DNA of 64,000 nt from Chitinophagaceae bacterium (GCA_947466405.1 CANICR010000001.1:5779-69778), one strand, 5' to 3'. Positions 20,958 to 31,660 are shown, counted from the first letter of the stretch. Translations and numbers: made by a program. The notes: generated by a model not told the origin, from the letters alone.

Positions 20958-21761
20958 TTGAGCAACAGCCCATCATATCAGATTAAATTGGACCAATTTG
21001 AAGGTCCTTTTGATTTATTATTATTCTTTATTGAAAGAGACGAAATTGATATCTACAATATACCTATTACAAAAATCACAAATGATTTTTTGCATCATAT
21101 TCATCAAACCGAAAAATTAAATATCGAATTAAGCAGTGAGTTTATTCTTTTCATCAGTACTTTAATGCGCATCAAAGCAAAAATGCTTTTGCCAAGAAAA
21201 GAATTAGATGCACAAGGAAATGAGATCGATCCGAGAATGGAACTGGTTGACAAAATCCTTGAATATAAAAAATTCAAAGAAGCTTCCCTTCAATTAGCAG
21301 AAATGGAAGCAGTGAGAATGCTTATGATGAAAAGAGGGAATCTACAAAAAGAATTATCGCAAATTGGTGAAGATGCAGGAGAAGGAACAGAAATTCAAAC
21401 TGTTACTATGTTTAAGCTGATGAAAGCTTTTGAGAAAGTCATTTTGCGTATTCAACAAAGAAACAACAATCCCGTTCATACCGTTGTTCAGTATAACTAT
21501 ACCATGGAGGCCTGCAGAGATTTCATGCTTGACCTGTCACGAACTGAAAAAACATTATCCTTTGAAAAACTTTTCGAAGTTTGCGAAGATCGTATTCATG
21601 CTATTTTTCTTTTCTTAAACATGCTTGAACTAGTTCAGCAAAAATATCTTCAAATAGTTATTGGCGAAGGCAGAAATAATTTCATCATTGAATACAACGA
21701 GAATAGAGAAGAAGAAATCCACAATCCACTTACTGCTGAAGATTTTAATCATTTGAATTAA
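20958..21761 (+). CDS. scpA: Segregation and condensation protein A (kleisin)
   Basis: FEGPFDLLLFFI, LMRIKAKMLLP and FLNMLEL motifs. The ORF track starts at 20820, but the promoter position favours TTG 20958. Confidence 0.9.
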   Translation: MSNSPSYQIKLDQFEGPFDLLLFFIERDEIDIYNIPITKITNDFLHHIHQTEKLNIELSSEFILFISTLMRIKAKMLLPRKELDAQGNEIDPRMELVDKILEYKKFKEASLQLAEMEAVRMLMMKRGNLQKELSQIGEDAGEGTEIQTVTMFKLMKAFEKVILRIQQRNNNPVHTVVQYNYTMEACRDFMLDLSRTEKTLSFEKLFEVCEDRIHAIFLFLNMLELVQQKYLQIVIGEGRNNFIIEYNENREEEIHNPLTAEDFNHLN

Positions 21762-21816
21762 TCAAGTGCTAATTTGTTTTTTCTTTTTCTCTACTCGCTT
21801 TTAATTTATAACAAAT

Positions 21817-22530
21817 ATGCATACCATCATTTACAAAGCTTCCGAAAGAGGAACAGCAGATTATGGCTGGTTAAAGCCCAATTATTACTTTAGTTTCTCT
21901 AACTATCATAATCCAAGTAAAGTGCATTTTGGTGCATTGCGTGTATTAAATGATGATTTCATAATGGGTGGCGGGGCATTCCCTACACATCCTCACGATA
22001 ATATGGAAATTGTTACGATCCCTTTAACCGGGGCATTACAACATAAAGACAATACGGGAGGCGAAGGCATTATTAAAGCAGGAGACGTTCAAATCATGAG
22101 CGCTGGATCTGGCATTCAACACGCTGAATTAAATGCCTCTGAAACAGAACCCGTAACCTTGTTTCAAATCTGGCTTTTTCCTAAAGAAAAAAATATCAAG
22201 CCACGATACGATCAAAGAAATTTCGATTTTTTAAATAGACAAAACAAATGGCAATTTGTGGTTTCTCCTAGAAAAGAAGATGATGCATTATGGATAAATC
22301 AACATGCAAGATTTGCAATGACAAATTTAAGTGCTGGCAAATCCATTGAATATAATAATGGCTTTGAAGGTAACGGTGTTTTTTTAGTAGTAATCAATGG
22401 CAGTGTTGAAATTGAAGAAAATGTAATAAACAAAAGAGATGCCATTGGAATCAAAGATGTAAATAAATTCATTATTAAAGCTTCTGTCGATTCCGAATTA
22501 CTAGCAATTGAAGTGCCTATGATTATTTAA
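21817..22530 (+). CDS. Pirin family protein (YhhW-like)
   Basis: LRVLNDD, THPHDNMEIVT, MSAGSGIQHAE and FQIW motifs. Confidence 0.93.
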   Translation: MHTIIYKASERGTADYGWLKPNYYFSFSNYHNPSKVHFGALRVLNDDFIMGGGAFPTHPHDNMEIVTIPLTGALQHKDNTGGEGIIKAGDVQIMSAGSGIQHAELNASETEPVTLFQIWLFPKEKNIKPRYDQRNFDFLNRQNKWQFVVSPRKEDDALWINQHARFAMTNLSAGKSIEYNNGFEGNGVFLVVINGSVEIEENVINKRDAIGIKDVNKFIIKASVDSELLAIEVPMII

Positions 22531-22544
22531 GGGAAAATGTTTTA

Positions 22545-23861
22545 CTAATAATTTTCTCTTATAGATTTTACAAACCTCTCAACCGCTTTTCTTACCGACA
22601 TTGAAGAACTTATTGAATTATTTACCAATACAGAAAACAACAACTCTTTATTTTTTTTGGTAATAATAATTCCACTTAATGCCACTACACTACTAAGGGT
22701 ACCCGTTTTTGCAAAAACAAATGCACTATCTGAAATAAAATAATTTTTTAACGTGCCTTCTCCACCCGTAGGTAAAATAGAACATAAGCGGCTGAATCCA
22801 TACTCCTTAATGAGTTTATTAAGAATGAAAATAAAATTTTGGGGCGAAAATAAATTATACCTGCTCAGGCCAGATCCATCAACCCATTTAGGTCTTTGTG
22901 GCATTTCTTTCAGATCTGTTTTTAATACATATTCTATCATCTCTTTATCACTAAAAAAACCTAATTTGTTATTGCTAGCCATCAATAACAATTGCTCAGC
23001 ATAAAAATTATCACTATTAAATAGCATCTTTTTAAGCACAGTGTCAACCGGTTGAGAATAAATATTTAGCCAATTTATTTTTGAATTTTCTTCTTTAATT
23101 GTAGTGGCAATATGATACCTGTTTTCTAAAAAAGAAATAGTGCTGCTGATTCCATTTGTCTCAAAAGGAATATTTGTATTAATACCACTATCCTTTTTAG
23201 AAAAAATAACATTAAATAAATTACAAGATGGAAATCTTTTTATTGACGCATCCTCTTTTTTACCATCATATGAATAAGTAATATTAAAATCCTTAAGTAA
23301 TGGAGATAATTCAGCTGTAGTATATGAGTCGTTTTCTTCTCTACTAGCTTCTATATGTAGTAAGTTGCCAAACATTGGAAACGTATTCCTTTGTGCCATA
23401 TAATAGTCGTCAAAGTCATCCCAGGACCAGCCGTGTCCATACTTTTCCGCTAAGTTTGTTGGAGTATAAAATACAATGGGCTTGGTATTTTTACTTAAAA
23501 AATCATCAACCGGATGATGTAAAAAATCAACATGTAAAAATGTTGGATCGCCCGTTGGCTGAACAAATAACGAATCGGCAGTTTCATAATATTTTAAACC
23601 TTCAATACTATCTCCCAAATATTTGAGTGCTGTGTACAAGGTAAACAATTTCGTGTTGCTTGCTGGAACAAAATATTTATCTGCGTTATAATTAAACCAA
23701 TATTTATTAGTAAATGGCTCATAAACACTTATACCAATATGTGCAGTAGCAATTGCACTATCAATCATTAATGCTTTATTCGCTTCTTTTAAACTAATCT
23801 TTGTTGCAGTACAATTCGATAAAAAATAAATTATAAAAAAATATAGGATGCCTTTTTTCAT
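22545..23861 (-). CDS. dacB: D-Ala-D-Ala carboxypeptidase/endopeptidase (S13, PBP4), probable lipoprotein
   Basis: PASNTK, SDN, DGSGLSRYN and KTGTL motifs; LSNC lipobox-like. Confidence 0.9.
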   Translation of the reverse strand: MKKGILYFFIIYFLSNCTATKISLKEANKALMIDSAIATAHIGISVYEPFTNKYWFNYNADKYFVPASNTKLFTLYTALKYLGDSIEGLKYYETADSLFVQPTGDPTFLHVDFLHHPVDDFLSKNTKPIVFYTPTNLAEKYGHGWSWDDFDDYYMAQRNTFPMFGNLLHIEASREENDSYTTAELSPLLKDFNITYSYDGKKEDASIKRFPSCNLFNVIFSKKDSGINTNIPFETNGISSTISFLENRYHIATTIKEENSKINWLNIYSQPVDTVLKKMLFNSDNFYAEQLLLMASNNKLGFFSDKEMIEYVLKTDLKEMPQRPKWVDGSGLSRYNLFSPQNFIFILNKLIKEYGFSRLCSILPTGGEGTLKNYFISDSAFVFAKTGTLSSVVALSGIIITKKNKELLFSVLVNNSISSSMSVRKAVERFVKSIRENY

Positions 23862-23897
23862 TAACCTTTTGTATTTTCAATTTAATTGATAATCAAA

Positions 23898-25028
23898 CTA
23901 AACGTTCCTTTCCAGAGCTCTTAACCATCTTTCTGGCATTTCATTCTTACTTGCCATTATATAATCTTTGTGACTACAGGCAATAAATTTTTTATCGGGC
24001 AATTGCATCCACCATCTATTGGATCTTTTGCTTTGGAGAAAAAGGGTATCCGTTTCTGAAAAAAATGTATGAAATTCATTAAAGGCTGATGTCTCTTGTA
24101 AAGTAGGCTCTTGTTTTCCCTTGCTTTTTCCATCAATGAAATACCAAATCATTTGAGAAATTTGCTTGGCAGTTAAATTATTCTTATCCTGATCTGAAAA
24201 GTATCCATAAATTCCAAATGTGTTTAGGTTTCTGCTGTACCCAGCATATTGCGACAACACACAAGCTTCTTCTCCTGAAAAACCATTAGGACTTTGATTG
24301 TGAGATGGAGCATCCGCATTCTTAATTGCAGTAATATCAAAACTTAATAAATTAGTGTTGCGAATTACTGGTTCCATTTCTTCAATGTCTTCTTTTACAA
24401 TCCCTAATCGATAACAATCAAAACGTAATTTATCCATTGTTTCAAGCAAACGAGGATGTACAAAATAACTTTGAAATCCTATATGATTATAATGCCTTAC
24501 CATATTAGGTTCACTTGTAAGCATTTCTAATAAAAAGTTTTCGTTTTTAATCACACTATCCCCTCTTAAATCTATCAATGAATCAATGCAAGATGCTTCG
24601 ACAATTTGATTCAATTCTTTATACGCATAATATTGTGCCAATGTTACATCATGAGAACCTCCAATAATCACAACGGTTTTTCCTATTCTGATCAACTCAA
24701 CCAGTACTGTCTTTAATGCTGCATAGCTGTCTTTTAATTCTGACCCGGCTTTTATGTTGCCAATATCAGCAATAACGATTGAACTATGCCAATAATGCAG
24801 CTGATACAATTGTTTTCTTATCTTATTTGCTGCATGACTTTTTGAAGAATAAACGCCAGCACCTCGGGTTTCATTTATCCCTACAATTACAATATCAACC
24901 TGAGTAAGATCAGGGATGTCTCGCTCATATAATAATACATTTTTACCTAATTGTCCATCATTGAATCCAATATCTTCATTAATTTCCAATAAATCTATAG
25001 GGGATAAAAAATCAGAAAGGTCTTGCAT
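23898..25028 (-). CDS. Arginase/formimidoylglutamase-fold protein with degenerate metal site
   Basis: IADIGNI, IIGGSHD, HIGFQSY and SPNGFSGEEAC; the canonical DAHxD and DxD ligands are altered. Confidence 0.8.
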   Translation of the reverse strand: MQDLSDFLSPIDLLEINEDIGFNDGQLGKNVLLYERDIPDLTQVDIVIVGINETRGAGVYSSKSHAANKIRKQLYQLHYWHSSIVIADIGNIKAGSELKDSYAALKTVLVELIRIGKTVVIIGGSHDVTLAQYYAYKELNQIVEASCIDSLIDLRGDSVIKNENFLLEMLTSEPNMVRHYNHIGFQSYFVHPRLLETMDKLRFDCYRLGIVKEDIEEMEPVIRNTNLLSFDITAIKNADAPSHNQSPNGFSGEEACVLSQYAGYSRNLNTFGIYGYFSDQDKNNLTAKQISQMIWYFIDGKSKGKQEPTLQETSAFNEFHTFFSETDTLFLQSKRSNRWWMQLPDKKFIACSHKDYIMASKNEMPERWLRALERNV

Positions 25029-25042
25029 AATGTTAATTTATA

Positions 25043-25050
25043 CAAACCTA
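25043..25050 (-). promoter_or_regulatory. -7 promoter element for the arginase-like gene
   Basis: TAGGTTTG, 14 nt before the ATG. Confidence 0.65.
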
Positions 25051-25117
25051 CTTCATTCGATTCAAATACATATTAAGATTAATGATTTTTTTCGTGTAAA
25101 TCTGTTGTTACATTTTG

Positions 25118-25125
25118 TAACTTTG
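25118..25125 (+). promoter_or_regulatory. -7 promoter element for korA
   Basis: TAACTTTG upstream of the ATG at 25173. Confidence 0.7.
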
Positions 25126-25172
25126 CCTTTTAGTTGATGCAATTATTTTTTAGTAACTATTAATGAATCTTA

Positions 25173-27017
25173 ATGGGAGATAAACAAGAAATACTTCAGG
25201 AAGTTGTTATAAAATTCGCTGGAGATAGTGGAGATGGTATGCAGTTAACCGGTAGTCAATTTACTAATAACACCGCTTTACTAGGATTAGATTTGGCGAC
25301 CTTTCCCGATTTTCCTGCCGAAATCCGTGCGCCTATAGGCACTTTGCCTGGAGTAAGTGGATATCAACTTAGATTTAGCAGTGATAGAATTTATACACCT
25401 GGAGATGAATGCGATGTTTTAGTAGCTATGAATGCTGCTGCCTTAAAAGTAAACTTATCGGCCCTAAAAAAAGGAGGAAAAATCATTGTTAATGTGGATG
25501 GTTTTGATGCCAAAAATCTTCGCTTAGCCAATTATCCGGAAGGTGTAAATCCTATTGAAGATGACAGTTTAAGTAATTATGAAGTCATCAGAATCGATGT
25601 CACAAAAATGACCAGAGAATCGCTGAAGGATTTTACAATGGGTACAAAAGAAAAAGACAGAGCCAAAAATATGTTTGTGCTTGGATTTTTATACTGGATG
25701 TACAACCGCGATTTAGATAATACGCTAAACTTCTTGAAAGAAAAGTTTTCAAAAAGAGCCGATATTTTAGAAAGCAATATTAAAGTATTACAAGCTGGAT
25801 ATAACTATGCTGATACGACGGAGACTTTCACCAGCAGATATTCTGTCGCGAAAGCTAAGATGGAGCCAGGCGTATACCGTTCAATAATGGGTAATCAAGC
25901 GTTGGCATATGGATTAATTGCTGCTTCTCAAAAAAGCGAATTGCCTTTATTCTTAGGTACATACCCTATTACACCAGCTTCTGATATTTTACACGAATTA
26001 AGCAAGCACAAGTCTTTTGGAATAAAAACTTTTCAGGCTGAAGATGAAATTGCGGCCATAACTGCGTCTATTGGTGCTAGTTATGGTGGTTCAATTGGAG
26101 TTACCTCTACCTCTGGACCAGGCATGGCATTAAAATCTGAGGCAATGGGATTAGCTGTAATGCTTGAATTACCTTTGGTAATTTGCAATATTCAACGCGG
26201 AGGACCAAGTACAGGCTTACCTACAAAAACAGAGCAAAGCGATTTGCTTCAAGCTTATTATGGCAGAAATGGGGAATGTCCCATGCCAATAATAGCTACA
26301 TCAACCCCAAGTGATTGTTTTGATGTAGCATTCGAGTCTGTTAAAATTGCTATACAACACATGACACCCGTAATATTATTAAGTGATGGATATATTGCTA
26401 ATGGAGCAGAGCCCTGGAAATTTCCTCAGGCTGCAGCGCTTCCTTCTATTCCAGTAAAATTTAAAACGAAACTTGATGACGGCGAATTAAAATTTACCCC
26501 CTATTCAAGAAATGAAAAATTAGCAAGGCCATGGGTAACGCCTGGTACACCTGGATTAGAACACAGAATAGGCGGACTTGAAAAACAAAACATAACTGGA
26601 AATATTAGCTATGATCCGGAGAATCATCAAGTAATGGTTAATTTAAGACAACAAAAAATTGATGACATTGCCCATCATATCCCTATGCAAAAATTAGATA
26701 GTGGATTAGATAAAGGTAAAGTGTTGGTAATTGGATGGGGAAGCACCTATGGCGCAATAAAAAGTGCCTGCTTAGCTTTACAACAAGAAGGTTTGGCTGT
26801 TTCACATGCTCATATACGTTATATAAGACCATTGCCAAAAAATCTAGGTGACATTATTAAAAATTTCGACCAAGTACTAATCCCAGAAATCAATAATGGA
26901 CAATTGATAAAAATCATCAGAGATATTTATCTAGTAGACGCGAAAGGCTACAATAAAATTATGGGGATCCCAATAACGAAAGGTGAATTAATTACAAAAA
27001 TCAGAGAGCTATTATAA
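25173..27017 (+). CDS. korA: 2-oxoacid:acceptor oxidoreductase alpha subunit (gamma-alpha fusion)
   Basis: FAGDSGDGMQL, YPITPASDI, QAEDEIAA, TSGPGMALK and QRGGPSTGLPTK motifs. Confidence 0.93.
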   Translation: MGDKQEILQEVVIKFAGDSGDGMQLTGSQFTNNTALLGLDLATFPDFPAEIRAPIGTLPGVSGYQLRFSSDRIYTPGDECDVLVAMNAAALKVNLSALKKGGKIIVNVDGFDAKNLRLANYPEGVNPIEDDSLSNYEVIRIDVTKMTRESLKDFTMGTKEKDRAKNMFVLGFLYWMYNRDLDNTLNFLKEKFSKRADILESNIKVLQAGYNYADTTETFTSRYSVAKAKMEPGVYRSIMGNQALAYGLIAASQKSELPLFLGTYPITPASDILHELSKHKSFGIKTFQAEDEIAAITASIGASYGGSIGVTSTSGPGMALKSEAMGLAVMLELPLVICNIQRGGPSTGLPTKTEQSDLLQAYYGRNGECPMPIIATSTPSDCFDVAFESVKIAIQHMTPVILLSDGYIANGAEPWKFPQAAALPSIPVKFKTKLDDGELKFTPYSRNEKLARPWVTPGTPGLEHRIGGLEKQNITGNISYDPENHQVMVNLRQQKIDDIAHHIPMQKLDSGLDKGKVLVIGWGSTYGAIKSACLALQQEGLAVSHAHIRYIRPLPKNLGDIIKNFDQVLIPEINNGQLIKIIRDIYLVDAKGYNKIMGIPITKGELITKIRELL

Positions 27018-27038
27018 ATATTTATTGTATGCTATTTA

Positions 27039-28019
27039 TTAGTCTCTTTGACTACTTAACATTATTCCCACTTTTATGTTGAAGGAAAAATAACTATCAT
27101 TATGAGTAGGGTCTCCTCTTTTTTTTCCCTCAGCATCACTTGGGTCAAAATTTGATCCCTGACTATACCAAGCAAGTACATTATCATATTTAGAAGTAGT
27201 GCCATTGGCATCTAAAAATCCGTATGCGAGTGCTTGTTGCTTAAATGGAACCACATCACTTCCGCCGCCATAAATACTCGTTGAAATATACCTTGTACTT
27301 ACATCGTCTAAATAATCTGTCGAAAGCATTCTATAAACAAATTCTGACCTAATTTTTACAATAGGAGAAACTTCAAATTTAACTCCAATACCTAAAGGGA
27401 TATTAGTCTGCTTTAACTTGTATAATTCTTTGCCGTCATAAAAGCCCTGCCCTTCAGTCCTTAATGGCTGCAAATCAATTAATCTTCCATTTAAATCACC
27501 TTGCGGATTGAATGAGTAATATCCTATACCTCCTAGTAAGTAAGGCGACAAAATTGACAGAGAAGATTCTCTACTATCTTGACTTATTAATAAGTTTTTA
27601 GGGTAAATCTCAGCAATAATTGAGAACTCTGTTATTTTACTTTTAAAATTTAAATTCCTATTGTATCTAGCACTTGAGATATCTGTAATTGGAACAGAAT
27701 TCAATACGTCATCATTTGCCATAATATTCCCAAAAGCAGCTTCAGCCCTAATGCCAAGCGAATTTCTATATAAACAAGTCAAATAGGCTCCTACACAAGA
27801 AGCAGATTTTCCGATATTTAAATCTTTTGTATTCTGTTTTCCAATTCCTTTATTTCCACCTAAATCAGTAAGGCAATTCATCAGTCCAAGAGAAATACCT
27901 GCCTCAGCTGAAGTGCCAGTATAATAATTACTAGAATAATCTTGGGCAATAGTACTATTGCCAAGAAACAAGGAAAAAAAACTGATAAATAAACTTACTT
28001 TTTTCATTAAATAATCCAC
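27039..28019 (-). CDS. Outer-membrane beta-barrel, PorT/DUF6089-like
   Basis: Signal peptide; RNLNFKS, LQPLRTEGQ, TDYLDDVS and RGDP..NDSY motifs typical of this Bacteroidota family. Confidence 0.7.
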   Translation of the reverse strand: MDYLMKKVSLFISFFSLFLGNSTIAQDYSSNYYTGTSAEAGISLGLMNCLTDLGGNKGIGKQNTKDLNIGKSASCVGAYLTCLYRNSLGIRAEAAFGNIMANDDVLNSVPITDISSARYNRNLNFKSKITEFSIIAEIYPKNLLISQDSRESSLSILSPYLLGGIGYYSFNPQGDLNGRLIDLQPLRTEGQGFYDGKELYKLKQTNIPLGIGVKFEVSPIVKIRSEFVYRMLSTDYLDDVSTRYISTSIYGGGSDVVPFKQQALAYGFLDANGTTSKYDNVLAWYSQGSNFDPSDAEGKKRGDPTHNDSYFSFNIKVGIMLSSQRD

Positions 28020-28072
28020 TTTTACTTTACTACAAAAAAAAGAAAAATAATACTCTACAAATTAAATGAAAT

Positions 28073-28732
28073 TTATTGAATATTATTTGCGGTTGAATGC
28101 TTTTCTTTAAAATACTTACAAATATGAATCAAGCCACAATTGTCACATTTTGGCTTTCTTGCGGTACAAGTATATCTCCCATGAAGAATAAGCCAATGAT
28201 GTGCTTTAAAGATTAAATCTTTGGGGAAATAACTAATCAGTTGTTTTTCTGCTATTGACGGGGTTTTTGCATTTGTAGTAAGTCCGATTCTTGCACTAAC
28301 CCTGAATACATGGGTATCTACAGCCATATTAGGTTGGTTATCAATAACCGATGTAATAACATTCGCTGTTTTTCTTCCGACGCCTGGTAGCATGATTAAC
28401 TCAGCCACATTCATTGGTATTATGCCGCTAAAATGGTCTTTTAACATAGTAGCCATTCCTATCAAATGCCTAGTTTTGTTATTTGGATATGAAATACTTT
28501 TAATAACATTAAAAAGATCCTCAAACTTTGCCCTACTCATGGATTCTATATCTGGATATTGACAAAATATTTTAGGTGTTACTGTATTGACTCTTTTATC
28601 GGTGCATTGGGCAGACAATATTACAGCAACGAGTAGTTGAAATGGATTTTTATACGTCAGCTCCGTTTCTGCTAAAGGATTATTCTTTTTGAAGTATTCA
28701 ATAACCGCCTGATATCTTTCTGCTTTTTTCAT
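28073..28732 (-). CDS. nth: Endonuclease III
   Basis: LSAQCTDKRVN, HhH LPGVGRKTANV, VDTHV, and 4Fe-4S CTARKPKCDNCGLIHIC. Confidence 0.97.
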   Translation of the reverse strand: MKKAERYQAVIEYFKKNNPLAETELTYKNPFQLLVAVILSAQCTDKRVNTVTPKIFCQYPDIESMSRAKFEDLFNVIKSISYPNNKTRHLIGMATMLKDHFSGIIPMNVAELIMLPGVGRKTANVITSVIDNQPNMAVDTHVFRVSARIGLTTNAKTPSIAEKQLISYFPKDLIFKAHHWLILHGRYTCTARKPKCDNCGLIHICKYFKEKHSTANNIQ

Positions 28733-28765
28733 AAAAAAACCCGTTTCTGTATCGAGGAAACGGGT
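28733..28765 (-). terminator. Terminator-like hairpin abutting the nth start
   Basis: ACCCGTTTC-9nt-GAAACGGGT perfect stem, then a T run that ends at the ATG. Confidence 0.65.
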
Positions 28766-28789
28766 AAGATTTTATTTTAGTTGATTTAT

Positions 28790-28996
28790 CTATGCTAATT
28801 TTAATATACTTTCAATTGTTTGATTGCTAGGTGAATAACTTACCTTTTTCATTTCAGCAATAGTCCCTAGCAACATCTCGTATTCTTCTTTTATATTCCA
28901 ATCCGTTTCTATTGCTTCTTGTATGCGAATATTCTGTTCAATGGTAGTTTCATTGTACAAATACTGTATCAACTCCTCCGTTCCAATAGTTTGCAT
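28790..28996 (-). CDS. Small conserved-type hypothetical protein (68 aa), anti-sigma-like N-terminus
   Basis: EELIQYLYNET...I.EAIETDW.IKEEY...PS.QTI.SIL pattern resembles small Bacteroidota proteins; fits the operon spacing. Confidence 0.65.
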   Translation of the reverse strand: MQTIGTEELIQYLYNETTIEQNIRIQEAIETDWNIKEEYEMLLGTIAEMKKVSYSPSNQTIESILKLA

Positions 28997-29080
28997 AATC
29001 TATACTCTTTGTATTATTAAAAATCTATTTCAGACCTAAAACGAATTTCAGTCAGAAAAATTGTGTCAATCTTGTTTATT

Positions 29081-29419
29081 TTACTCATTGGGCTTTACTA
29101 GAAAAACATCCTCATTGTCTTTTTTCATCATATATTTTTCACGGGCATACGTTTCAATTGTCTCAGCACTTGTTTTTAATTGACTTAGTGCAATTCTAGT
29201 TTCTGTTATTTGATTGTTTAAATTAGCTTCACTTTCCTGGAGATTTTTTAACTTTTCTTTCTTAGAAGCAATGGTGCTCCAATCTTTTGGATCAAAAAAA
29301 CTCATCCATACAATAAAAAAAACTAAAGCTAAAAAGGATTTGTTTCTTGCTATTTTCTTAAATCTATTCATTTTATAAAAAAGTTGATACAATTTACTAT
29401 TTCTTCTATTAATAATCAA
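29081..29419 (-). CDS. ftsB: Septum formation initiator (FtsB/DivIC family)
   Basis: TM ending WMSFFD, coiled coil, ETYAREKYMMKKDNEDVF; follows eno. An alternative start at 29371 is possible. Confidence 0.85.
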   Translation of the reverse strand: MIINRRNSKLYQLFYKMNRFKKIARNKSFLALVFFIVWMSFFDPKDWSTIASKKEKLKNLQESEANLNNQITETRIALSQLKTSAETIETYAREKYMMKKDNEDVFLVKPNE

Positions 29420-29448
29420 GAAATAAAACTAATTATTATTTAAAGCTA

Positions 29449-30738
29449 TTAGTGACCAAATTTAATACTCCCATTTGGATAAATCCCACTATCCCCTAGC
29501 ATTTCTTCAATCCTGATTAATTGATTATACTTTGCCATTCTATCACTTCTCGATGCTGAACCAGTTTTGATTTGACCACAATTCAACGCTACTGCTAAAT
29601 CTGCGATTGTACTATCTTCCGTTTCACCACTTCTATGACTCATGATAGTATTATACCCATTTTGTTGTGCCATCGTTACAGCATTAATTGTTTCTGTTAG
29701 CGTACCAATTTGATTCACTTTTACCAATAATGCATTTGCTGTTTCATCTTTAATCCCTCTTTCCAATCTTTTTACATTCGTTACAAATAAATCATCACCA
29801 ACTAATTGACATTTTTTTCCAATAGTATCTGTCAGCATCTTCCATCCCTTCCAATCATCTTCAGCCATGCCATCCTCAATCGAAATAATAGGATATTGTT
29901 TCACCCAACTTTCCCAATATTTAACAAGCTGCTCGCTTGTCATTTTCTTTCCGTCACTTTTATGAAAAATATATTTTTTTTCTTTGGCATTCCACAATTC
30001 ACTATTCGCTGCATCCATCGCAATGGCTATTTGACTTCCTGTTTTATACCCAGCTGCCTGAATAGCTGTCAATACCATTTCTATTGCCTCTTCATTGCTT
30101 TGGATATTTGGCGCAAATCCACCTTCATCTCCAACATTTGTGCTAAACCCTTTTTTCTTTAGTACTATTTTTAATGCATGAAATATTTCAACTCCCCATT
30201 GTAGTCCTTCGCTGAAAGTTTTTGCACCAATGGGCATCACCATAAATTCCTGAAAATCTATTTTATTATCTGCATGCGCACCCCCATTCAAAATATTCAT
30301 CATTGGAATAGGCAGCATTTTTGCATTCGTTCCGCCAATATATCTATACAAAGGAAGCTTTGCTTCAAGGGCTGCAGCCTTTGCTACGGCCAAACTAATA
30401 GCAAGCAATGCATTGGCACCTAACTTGCTTTTATTGTCTGTGCCGTCCAATTTAATCATCATGGCATCTATCCCTGTTTGATCCGCCACATCCCAACCTA
30501 ATAAATGCTCACTTAATATTGTGTTCACATTTTTAACCGCCTTTAACACACTTTTTCCCCCATATAACTTCTTATTGTTATCTCTTAATTCTACCGCCTC
30601 ATGAATACCAGTACTTGCTCCACTTGGAACGGCGGCTCTTCCAAGACTTTCGTTTTCTGTTATAACATCCACTTCAATGGTCGGATTTCCTCTGCTATCT
30701 AATATTTGTCTTGCGTGAATTGATGCAATGTAACTCAT
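29449..30738 (-). CDS. eno: Enolase
   Basis: [26 protein letters not shown] and SHRSGETED motifs. Confidence 0.99.
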   Translation of the reverse strand: MSYIASIHARQILDSRGNPTIEVDVITENESLGRAAVPSGASTGIHEAVELRDNNKKLYGGKSVLKAVKNVNTILSEHLLGWDVADQTGIDAMMIKLDGTDNKSKLGANALLAISLAVAKAAALEAKLPLYRYIGGTNAKMLPIPMMNILNGGAHADNKIDFQEFMVMPIGAKTFSEGLQWGVEIFHALKIVLKKKGFSTNVGDEGGFAPNIQSNEEAIEMVLTAIQAAGYKTGSQIAIAMDAANSELWNAKEKKYIFHKSDGKKMTSEQLVKYWESWVKQYPIISIEDGMAEDDWKGWKMLTDTIGKKCQLVGDDLFVTNVKRLERGIKDETANALLVKVNQIGTLTETINAVTMAQQNGYNTIMSHRSGETEDSTIADLAVALNCGQIKTGSASRSDRMAKYNQLIRIEEMLGDSGIYPNGSIKFGH

Positions 30739-30754
30739 GATTTTTTTTATTTTT

Positions 30755-31660
30755 CTAGTTGGTCAATGTTTTAAATATCTGTTCTAAATTTTGTTTTTCG
30801 CTATTTAGTGAAATAATATTGATGTCTCTTTCTATACTTAGTTCAAGCAACTGTCTTCTCATAACTTCCGGATGGGTGGTTTCAATGGTAAAGGTAGATT
30901 TAGGGAAATCTTTTATACTTACCACTTCTTTTAAATTTTGCAGCATGTCTAATGATACAACTTCTTTGAATTGAATTGTCACATAGTGATTGCTTGAATT
31001 ATTTAATTGTAGGCTATTAACCAGATCGTCTGCAACAATTTGACCTTTATGAATGATTAGAACTCGGTTACAAATAGCCTCAACTTCCTGCATGATGTGC
31101 GATGAAAAAAGAATCGTTTTTGTTGCTCCGAGGTTTTTAATTACTTCCCTTATTTCAATAATTTGATTAGGGTCCAATCCTGAAGTTGGCTCATCTAAAA
31201 TTAATACCTCCGGATCATGAATAAGAGCTGCGGCTAACCCTACACGTTGTTTGTACCCTTTACTCAATTGACCTATTTTTTTATTTACTTCTTTATCTAA
31301 CCCCACTAATTCAATTACTGCTTTTACTCTTTCTTTTTTTTCATCAATTTGATGAATTTCAGCAATGAAATTTAAATACTCTCTAACATACATATCAAAA
31401 TACAGAGGGTTTGCCTCTGGCAGATACCCTATTTTCTTTTTTGTAATGCTGCTGTTTTCTACAACAGATTCTCCACATACTTCTATCTTGCCGCCATCCG
31501 CAGTTATATACCCTGCAATCATTTTCATAGTGGTAGATTTCCCCGCTCCATTTGGCCCAAGAAATCCAACAATCTCTCCACTATTTACCTGGAATGAAAT
31601 ATTATTTACGGCTTTTTGGCTGCCAAATGTTTTTGTAAGATTAGAAACTGCTATGGACAC
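30755..31660 (-). CDS. gldA: Gliding motility ABC transporter ATP-binding protein
   Basis: [30 protein letters not shown] and YLPEANPLY; GldA-type length and C-terminus. Confidence 0.8.
   Translation of the reverse strand: MSIAVSNLTKTFGSQKAVNNISFQVNSGEIVGFLGPNGAGKSTTMKMIAGYITADGGKIEVCGESVVENSSITKKKIGYLPEANPLYFDMYVREYLNFIAEIHQIDEKKERVKAVIELVGLDKEVNKKIGQLSKGYKQRVGLAAALIHDPEVLILDEPTSGLDPNQIIEIREVIKNLGATKTILFSSHIMQEVEAICNRVLIIHKGQIVADDLVNSLQLNNSSNHYVTIQFKEVVSLDMLQNLKEVVSIKDFPKSTFTIETTHPEVMRRQLLELSIERDINIISLNSEKQNLEQIFKTLTN

Noticed and set aside
20687-20965. 92-aa minus-strand ORF in the mscL-scpA gap
   Set aside because: It overlaps mscL and the scpA promoter, and has no motif
30755-31660. gldA without gldF/gldG
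   Set aside because: gldA is also unlinked from gldFG in Flavobacterium johnsoniae
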